IMG/VR virus record: IMGVR_UViG_3300045988_021489
From: a virus
DNA: 11,733 nucleotides
Reading direction: 5' to 3' (one strand)
Shown: in pieces, positions 1-5,037 of the stretch
How positions within the stretch are numbered: the stretch's first letter is position 1
Layout: the number at the start of each line of letters is the position of its first letter
Notes under the pieces: model-generated
The model's database searches: none
Seen by the model: only the letters and a program-made list of their open reading frames with translations
Told to the model about the DNA's origin: nothing
Translations under genes and position numbers: made by a program

Positions 1-52
1 GACGGCATACGATATCGGTCTCGGCATTCCTGCTGAACCGCTCTTCCGATCT
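1..52. other. Illumina paired-end adapter / PCR primer sequence (library artefact, not biological)
   Basis: Reads GACGGCATACGATATCGGTCTCGGCATTCCTGCTGAACCGCTCTTCCGATCT. As I recall it, this is the 3' part of Illumina PE PCR primer 2.0 with one base different (GATATC here, GAGATC expected). The exact reverse complement is at 11682-11733. Confidence 0.9.
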
Positions 53-95
53 AAAGGTACGCTACTGACCCCTATTTAACGTTTCCCAACGCACT

Positions 96-211
96 TTTAA
101 CATTTGCAAACACTTTGTGGCACGCTTTTTGCTATGGGTCGCAATTACCAAAATTTAACACATTGCGCCCGACTTTGGCACGGTTTTTGTTATGCGTGTG
201 CGCCCGTGAAA
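96..211. repeat. Two degenerate tandem units of about 58 bp inside the ITR
   Basis: Unit A starts at 96 (TTTAACATTTGCAAACACTTTGTGGCACGCTTTTTGCTATGGGTCGC...). Unit B starts at 154 (TTTAACACATTGCGCCCGACTTTGGCACGGTTTTTGTTATGCGTGTGCGC...). Shared blocks are TTTAACA, ACTTTG, GCACG, TTTTTG and TATG. A further TTTAAC lies at 74. The same structure is mirrored in the right ITR. Confidence 0.7.
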
Positions 212-271
212 TTGTTTCACGTGGAACACTGCCACACCGATGCACAAAATAAATTGTTTCACGTGGAACAC
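209..271. repeat. Two perfect 21-bp direct repeats (AAATTGTTTCACGTGGAACAC) with a CACGTG-centred imperfect palindrome; likely protein-binding sites
   Basis: Copies lie at 209-229 and 251-271, 42 bp start to start (about 4 helical turns). Each contains GTTTCACGTGGAAC, a 14-bp palindrome with one mismatched pair. Mirror copies lie at 11463-11483 and 11505-11525. Confidence 0.9.
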
Positions 272-281
272 AACTGTTAAA

Positions 282-289
282 CAAAGTTA
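282..289 (-). promoter_or_regulatory. Outward-facing TAACTTTG box (Bacteroidota -7-like) just inside the left ITR border
   Basis: Plus strand caaagtta reads TAACTTTG on the minus strand. It points toward the terminus, and the final G is 7 nt from the ITR boundary. TTTG lies 16 nt upstream on the minus strand, which is shorter than consensus spacing. Confidence 0.35.
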
Positions 290-347
290 AAAGAATAATT
301 TAACACAAAATAACACGCCAACCGCTTGCACGTTCAAAACAAATGCT

Positions 348-355
348 TAACTTTG
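348..355 (+). promoter_or_regulatory. Candidate Bacteroidota-type promoter -7 box (TAACTTTG) for the left-end gene
   Basis: TAACTTTG lies 31 nt upstream of the ATG at 387. A cTTG at 324-327 sits 20 nt upstream of the TA, which fits -33 TTTG / -7 TAnnTTTG spacing. Confidence 0.55.
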
Positions 356-386
356 CAGCAAGTTAAACAATTAAATACATTGAGTT

Positions 387-749
387 ATGAATAACGTAAA
401 ATCATTAAGCGAAAACATCGCAAAGGCTGTTAGCGAAACAACAAAGCACGTAGAATTTTTGGCGGGTGCTTATCCCGAAATCCGTACCAACTTGCAAACT
501 ATTGCAGAAACTTTGCAAGTAGTACACCATTCGTTAGGTACGGTTTGTGAATTGTCCGAAATGCAAGAAAAGGTACACAAACAAACCGTGTCAAATTTTG
601 AGGTTGAAAAGGCTTGCAAAAATCAAGCATACGACTTTATACTAACTGAAAGGCTGTTCAATCGTTTCAAAACCTTTTGTTCGTGTTATCCCGTAAGCAC
701 ATACAACGAAAAAACGGGTGCTGACATTCTTGCAAAGCACGTGAAATAA
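387..749 (+). CDS. Hypothetical protein, 120 aa (only plus-strand gene; left-end, inward-facing)
   Basis: ATG-initiated ORF ending in TAA. It is preceded by a promoter-like box and followed by a hairpin terminator. I recognise no motif. Confidence 0.7.
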   Translation: MNNVKSLSENIAKAVSETTKHVEFLAGAYPEIRTNLQTIAETLQVVHHSLGTVCELSEMQEKVHKQTVSNFEVEKACKNQAYDFILTERLFNRFKTFCSCYPVSTYNEKTGADILAKHVK

Positions 750-761
750 CAAGCAAGGCAC

Positions 762-802
762 AAAGAAAAGGCGGTAACAATCAAGTTGCCGCCTTTCTTT
801 TT
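762..802. terminator. Bidirectional rho-independent terminator between convergent genes
   Basis: Stem GGCGGTAAC (770-778) pairs with GTTGCCGCC (785-793), 9 bp with one G-U pair, loop AATCAA. It is flanked by AAAGAAAA on the left and TTTCTTTTT on the right, so it can work on either strand. Confidence 0.8.
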
Positions 803-816
803 ATCCTGCCTTGCAG

Positions 817-1965
817 TTACTCAATATATACCCCGTCAGACAAAGCCGTGTATATCATTTCTTGTTCCTCTGTCAGCATTTCGGCGGTGTGTATGGGTGT
901 AACATCATCGAACACATTAAACCCTCTGAAATCGCCTAAAATGCCCGTTTGTCGGTCGTTATTACGTCCGTTGCTTGCGCTCTCGTACCACTTGCAATAA
1001 ATGTAAGGTTCTAAACCGTAATATAACATTTCGTTCCAATCATCGCCGCCCACGGTCTTAACTTGGGTACTTGGTGAAAGGTATATTATTTCGCTGCTTG
1101 GTTCTGTTTCCTCAACTTGAAATACAACGCCGTTGCAGGACAAAAGCGCAACCCCGTTGCCCGTTACCACGTTTATAACGTACTGCAAACCTATCGTTTT
1201 GCCTGCATAATCGGTATTGAGGTTTACAAACCCTGCAAACGGCAAAAAGATTTGTATTTCGCTTTCGTAGTCGGTGTTGTCCTCATTGTGCGCTGGTACT
1301 ACCGCCGTGCCGAAATCAAGCGTTATTTTGTCTTGCGCTGGCTGGTGGCAAGATACGCCCGTATTGTAGTTGCCGCATCGTATTACATCGGTGCTGCTTG
1401 CCCCTATGTTGGTGTAAACACGGAGTATCTTGTTCACGTATGCGCCCAAATCTATGTTTTCGTATATAGGTGCGCCCGTGCTGGGGTCTGTTCCCGTTTC
1501 CTTGAAAAACCGTTTGCCGCTAAACTCTGCCAACTCATCAAGCGTTACCAAATATACGTTTATTGCGCCGTACTGCTCGCCCACAACGGTAACGGGGTAC
1601 GCACTGCCAATAACTGCAAAATCGCTCCAATTAGTGTTTACTTGTATGCTTCCCGTTGCCTTCTTTTTATCGCTTGAAATCGTAAGGTCTTGCGTTTGAG
1701 GGAAGCCGCTTGCGTTCTGGTAATAGAATTGCGGTGTACTTTGTTCGGTGTCAAATTCTGTGCCATCGTTTGCCGTTAATGTAACATTTACCGTTTCCCC
1801 GTCTTTCACATATTGCGGCAAATCCTCGTTAGCGGTGCAATTTGATAGGTTTGTAGAAATTTCTAACACATCATCGTAACTACCCGTAAGCGTTACGGGC
1901 TTTGTCGGGTCTATGTCGGTAATGGTTAGCGTTGCTTGTTGGCTGTATTCCAAATCCTGCACCAC
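817..1965 (-). CDS. Tail knob (phi29 gp9-like), C-terminal segment preceded by an Ig-like repeat domain. Has no ATG start and is in frame with the upstream ORF across one TAA
   Basis: 382-codon ORF whose only candidate starts are GTG GTG at 1965-1960; the first internal Met is about codon 320. The C-terminal block FNVFDD...LTEEQEMIYTALSDGVYIE resembles the phi29 gp9 C-terminus (FNYVQT...DLQEIRTIFDNGITLW) as I recall it. The central FLPFAGFVNLN...GKTIGLQYVINVVTG block is typical of tail knob/tube proteins. Confidence 0.6.
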   Translation of the reverse strand: MVQDLEYSQQATLTITDIDPTKPVTLTGSYDDVLEISTNLSNCTANEDLPQYVKDGETVNVTLTANDGTEFDTEQSTPQFYYQNASGFPQTQDLTISSDKKKATGSIQVNTNWSDFAVIGSAYPVTVVGEQYGAINVYLVTLDELAEFSGKRFFKETGTDPSTGAPIYENIDLGAYVNKILRVYTNIGASSTDVIRCGNYNTGVSCHQPAQDKITLDFGTAVVPAHNEDNTDYESEIQIFLPFAGFVNLNTDYAGKTIGLQYVINVVTGNGVALLSCNGVVFQVEETEPSSEIIYLSPSTQVKTVGGDDWNEMLYYGLEPYIYCKWYESASNGRNNDRQTGILGDFRGFNVFDDVTPIHTAEMLTEEQEMIYTALSDGVYIE

Positions 1966-2010
1966 AAACGGCGTTTTGGTCGCTGTTCCTGCCTTGTTCG
2001 TGTAACTCGC

Positions 2011-2670
2011 TTAGAGGTCAAAGAAACGCACTTTGTTCGGGGTGTATTGCCCCGTAACGGTGAAAGTTGCCGTTTCCCCGTCAAACGTATGTTGTTCGGT
2101 TACGCCGCTGCCCGTTATGTTGTTCGTTACGTTAAGTTCGGGTGTTCCCTCGCTGGCTGTCGTACCCGTAAGCGTGAAACTCTCGCCCGTGTCGGCATCG
2201 TCATACTCCCAACTTGCCGTTTTACCGTCTGGCGAAATTGTCAAGTCCTGCGTATCGGGGTAGCCGTAACTGTCCGTAAACTCCACTTGCGCCGCCGTTA
2301 TCTTGTAACCCTCGTTTGCCGTTACTTGTATGCTCGCATCATAATAACCGCTACCTTTTGTTCCCGTTGCTGTCGTGTTCGGTATGTTGTTTATAACTTC
2401 CAAATCGTTTTCGCTTCGGGTGTTTCCCGTGATAGTTATTTCCGTGTCTGCATCGGTGTCGGACAACTCACCAAATGCCCAAACCTTTGCGCCGTTCATA
2501 TCCAAAACAACGCTTTTCGGGTATCCGCTTGTATTGGTATAAACCGCCTTAACATCGCCTACAAACAAATAACCGTCATTCGTTCTTACGTTTATATCCC
2601 AATAACCGCCGCTTGCGTTCCACTGGCTGTTATCATCGTGTGCGTTAGGTATATTTACAATTACTGCCAT
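2011..2670 (-). CDS. Tail protein segment with Ig-like/beta-sandwich repeat domains (possible receptor-binding insertion)
   Basis: 219-aa ORF with an ATG start, in the same frame as both neighbours. It contains SYGYPDTQDLTISPDGKTA, paralogous to ASGFPQTQDLTISSDKKKA in the next ORF. T/G/E-rich beta-strand-like repeats (VTANEGYKIT, FTLTGTT, FTVTGQ). Confidence 0.55.
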   Translation of the reverse strand: MAVIVNIPNAHDDNSQWNASGGYWDINVRTNDGYLFVGDVKAVYTNTSGYPKSVVLDMNGAKVWAFGELSDTDADTEITITGNTRSENDLEVINNIPNTTATGTKGSGYYDASIQVTANEGYKITAAQVEFTDSYGYPDTQDLTISPDGKTASWEYDDADTGESFTLTGTTASEGTPELNVTNNITGSGVTEQHTFDGETATFTVTGQYTPNKVRFFDL

Positions 2671-2676
2671 ACTCTT

Positions 2677-3129
2677 TTAATTTTCGGTTGTTCCTTTCAA
2701 AGTTACCATAATGATACCCCCGTTTTCATTCAAAAGCCCCGTTTCAGAAAACGGCACTTTCTCAAAATTCGGGGTGCGCTTGTAAACCGTATCACGGTTT
2801 GAAATATACGGGTCGGGGTTGTCGCTTTCAGATACACGCCCAGTTGCCTCCAAAATTTCGCTTTCGTAGGTTTTAAGCACATCAATACGCAATGCAAGTT
2901 CGTAGGCGTTGTTTCCCTCAAAACTTACCCTATCCACGAAATAATAACGCCCTAAATCGGGTATGTAACAATAATTGAAAGTCGGTCGGGGTTGCTTTCG
3001 TAGTGTTACGGTCGGGCGCAACACATCGAAAGTTTGCCGCAAATCGCCCTCAATCGCCGTAAACGTGCCTAACTGCTTGTTTACCGTGTTCGGGTGTCCG
3101 TTGTATGAATAAAAGTTTATCGTTGTCAT
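2677..3129 (-). CDS. Tail knob (phi29 gp9-like), N-terminal domain segment, 150 aa
   Basis: I place the start at ATG 3129 (MTTINFYSY). The ORF-track GTG at 3177 lies inside the terminator hairpin. The block NYCYIPDLGRYYFVDRVSFEGNNAYELALRIDVLKTY resembles the phi29 gp9 N-terminus ([42 protein letters not shown]) as I recall it. Confidence 0.6.
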   Translation of the reverse strand: MTTINFYSYNGHPNTVNKQLGTFTAIEGDLRQTFDVLRPTVTLRKQPRPTFNYCYIPDLGRYYFVDRVSFEGNNAYELALRIDVLKTYESEILEATGRVSESDNPDPYISNRDTVYKRTPNFEKVPFSETGLLNENGGIIMVTLKGTTEN

Positions 3130-3138
3130 ATCGGAAAG

Positions 3139-3181
3139 AAAAAAGGCGGTGCGGTGCGCTTTCACCTGCACCCACACCGCC
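3139..3181 (-). terminator. Rho-independent terminator/attenuator downstream of the capsid gene
   Basis: Minus strand reads GGCGGTGTGGGTGC-AGGTGAAAGC-GCACCGCACCGCC followed by TTTTTT. The stem is about 13 bp with one bulge and one G-U pair. It lies between the MCP stop (3211) and the tail gene start (3129). Confidence 0.8.
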
Positions 3182-3189
3182 CAAAGTTA
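3182..3189 (-). promoter_or_regulatory. TAACTTTG box immediately abutting the hairpin (function unclear)
   Basis: Minus strand reads GTTTAACTTTG, then the hairpin begins. The same box-plus-hairpin arrangement recurs at 10432-10465. Confidence 0.3.
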
Positions 3190-3210
3190 AACAATCTAAT
3201 ACCTATTGAG

Positions 3211-4443
3211 TTACTCAATAAAGAATACTACAAAGTTTTCGTTTGTATCGTTGAAATACCCTGCATCAAACTTGTAATAGTTGTTGAAAAACTCTGCCTT
3301 TGCGTTGTAGTTCGTTGTTACCCGTCTGTCAAGATTGCAAACGCCCAACGCATCACGGTCGAACATTACGCCCAACACGCCCGTAATTTCAACATCTTTG
3401 CCGCCGCTTTCCTTAACCTTAATGTGTCCCGTGCTGGCGAAATCGTAGTTCTTTCCGCTGCCTTGCCAAAAAGGTACGGTTTCGGCTTGCGGCAAAAGCA
3501 CATCGCCACGGTTGAACGTGTCGGAATAAAGATAGGTTTGCGCTGCCTTTGCAAAGTCGGACAAAAGTACAACGTGTAACATATCTTTCGGCGTAAACCG
3601 TTCCTTGCCGCCAACATTGAACACGGTGGAAATGCTTTGCAGGCGGTCGGCATACGTCCCCATAACGTAAGACGCAAAGCGGATAAAATCGGGGTCGGTT
3701 ATCGCCTTTGCCGCTGTCAGTGCGTCAGGGTTCGGGGTCGGCTCGCCCTCTCCCGTTGCAGGTGTTGCAGGGAAATACTTGTCATTGTACAACTTCAAAA
3801 GGTTTACACAACGTGCCGTGCTTGCGCTGGAAAGGTCTGCCCCTGCCATATCACCTGCTGCCGTTGCTCCAAACGCTTGCGCATCAGCCAACACGGTTTC
3901 CGCAATCATGTTGTTAATTGTGCGCATAATCAAAGCGTCTGCCTTGATAGTCATTGACTTTTCAACGGCTGCATAAATCATCGAAATAAAGCCGTTGAGT
4001 TGTGCGGCGTTGCTGAAACTTTCCTTAACCTGTCTTTCGGTGATTGATACGGGCACTTCAAACGTAACCTTTGAGTTGAAAAACTTTGCGGTAACGGTCG
4101 GTTTGTGGAACACATCTTGCTTGTATTCTGTTCCGTCCTTCAAATCCCACGTGTCGTTTTCTTCTGCTTCTGGAACATCGGCACTTATCTTTTCCAATAC
4201 GCTACCAAACTCCCACGCATCCATTAAAACGCTCGGCACTTTGCCCGCATAAGGTCGGTTTACGAAAATCACCTTGCCGATATGGTTTACAAGTGATTTT
4301 ACGTAGTTGTCAACTGCATTTTGGTTAAACACTTCCGTGCCCAAATCCACAATGCCCGTTAAATCGTCCTGCACAATGTCAGTCTTGCCCAGCACTTCAC
4401 TTGAAACGCTGTTAATAATCTGGTAAATCTGTTTTACGTTCAT
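3211..4443 (-). CDS. Major capsid protein (HK97-fold type expected), 410 aa
   Basis: It is the largest head-module ORF and lies downstream of the portal and a scaffold-like ORF. It is followed by TAA..TAG..TAA and a strong terminator, an arrangement typical of abundant capsid genes. The N-terminal pattern (IYQIINSVSSEVLGKTDIV...LTGIVDLGTEVF...) resembles small-podovirus MCPs from memory. This is not verified by search. Confidence 0.75.
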   Translation of the reverse strand: MNVKQIYQIINSVSSEVLGKTDIVQDDLTGIVDLGTEVFNQNAVDNYVKSLVNHIGKVIFVNRPYAGKVPSVLMDAWEFGSVLEKISADVPEAEENDTWDLKDGTEYKQDVFHKPTVTAKFFNSKVTFEVPVSITERQVKESFSNAAQLNGFISMIYAAVEKSMTIKADALIMRTINNMIAETVLADAQAFGATAAGDMAGADLSSASTARCVNLLKLYNDKYFPATPATGEGEPTPNPDALTAAKAITDPDFIRFASYVMGTYADRLQSISTVFNVGGKERFTPKDMLHVVLLSDFAKAAQTYLYSDTFNRGDVLLPQAETVPFWQGSGKNYDFASTGHIKVKESGGKDVEITGVLGVMFDRDALGVCNLDRRVTTNYNAKAEFFNNYYKFDAGYFNDTNENFVVFFIE

Positions 4444-4464
4444 ATTGCTAAAAATTAAAATTAG

Positions 4465-5037
4465 TTATTCGTAAATACTCGTTGTTAATTCTCTTACAAG
4501 TGCAAAGATAATGTTTTTTCTCCAATTATCACGCCTTAACTGCAATTCTTTTGCAATTTCACTTGAAATTGATTTGCTTGCGCCCGTTCCTTTGCTGGTT
4601 TCGGTTGTTTGGCGTTCCTCGGTGCGGTTTCTCTCATCGTTTGCGGTCTTTCGGTCGCTGTCTGAAAAATCGGTATCGTTAAACGCCTTGTTTGCGCCCG
4701 TTTCGGTGTTGTCCGTGCTTTCCTGCAAAGTAACCGTTTCCGTGCGTTCAATTTGCCCCGTTACGGGTGTCAGTACATCGTAATCGGCTAACATCGCCGC
4801 CGCTTCACGTTCCCAACCTTGCACGTTTACCGCAATCACCGCCGAAACAACATCTTTTGCGTTGTCCGCATTGATAGAGTTTACAACGGTCTTGCCGCCG
4901 TACATCAGTAAGGCGTAAGCGTCTAACTTGGTCGGGTCGGTATCGCCGAAAATAGCGGCGTACTCTGTCGGATATTCAGTCTTGAAAACGGTTGCGAATA
5001 TCCCGTTACCCGTTGTAAATAGTTCGCTGTATTTCAT
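4465..5037 (-). CDS. Hypothetical head-assembly protein, 190 aa (position suggests scaffolding protein)
   Basis: It lies between the portal and MCP genes, with its ATG overlapping the portal TGA (ATGA). The C-terminal half is charged with T/E/R-rich low complexity. I recognise no motif. Confidence 0.35.
   Translation of the reverse strand: MKYSELFTTGNGIFATVFKTEYPTEYAAIFGDTDPTKLDAYALLMYGGKTVVNSINADNAKDVVSAVIAVNVQGWEREAAAMLADYDVLTPVTGQIERTETVTLQESTDNTETGANKAFNDTDFSDSDRKTANDERNRTEERQTTETSKGTGASKSISSEIAKELQLRRDNWRKNIIFALVRELTTSIYE

Larger units (their letters stand above)
53..274. repeat. Left inverted terminal repeat (ITR), 222 bp, genome terminus 5'-AAAGGTAC
   Basis: 53-274 is the exact reverse complement of 11460-11681, compared base by base. 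Identity breaks at 275 vs 11459. It directly abuts the adapter, so base 53 is a physical DNA end. Confidence 0.97.

Noticed and set aside
209-271. The direct repeats in the ITR as a CRISPR array or att site
   Set aside because: There are only two 21-bp copies with a single 21-bp spacer, and the arrangement is mirrored at the other end as part of the ITR. There are no cas genes and no integrase. They are better explained as protein-binding sites.
3130-3177. GTG start at 3177 for the tail N-terminal ORF (the 166-aa version in the track)
   Set aside because: The extra 16 codons are the terminator hairpin and T-run read as protein (MWVQVKAHRTAFFLSD). ATG at 3129 follows the terminator and gives a sensible N-terminus.
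3533-3540. Additional TAnnTTTG hits on the plus strand inside coding sequence (TAGGTTTG at 3533-3540; TAACTTTG at 10402-10409)
   Set aside because: They are antisense within the MCP gene and the first codons of the TP gene (AAAGTTA encodes Lys-Leu). A few chance hits are expected for a motif with six fixed bases, so I do not call them promoters.
2730-3677. Minus-strand out-of-frame ORFs 2730-2921 and 3366-3677, plus 4536-4751 and 5834-6016 elsewhere
   Set aside because: They are nested in other frames of the tail, MCP, 190-aa and portal genes, and are short and basic or low-complexity. There is no independent evidence for them.
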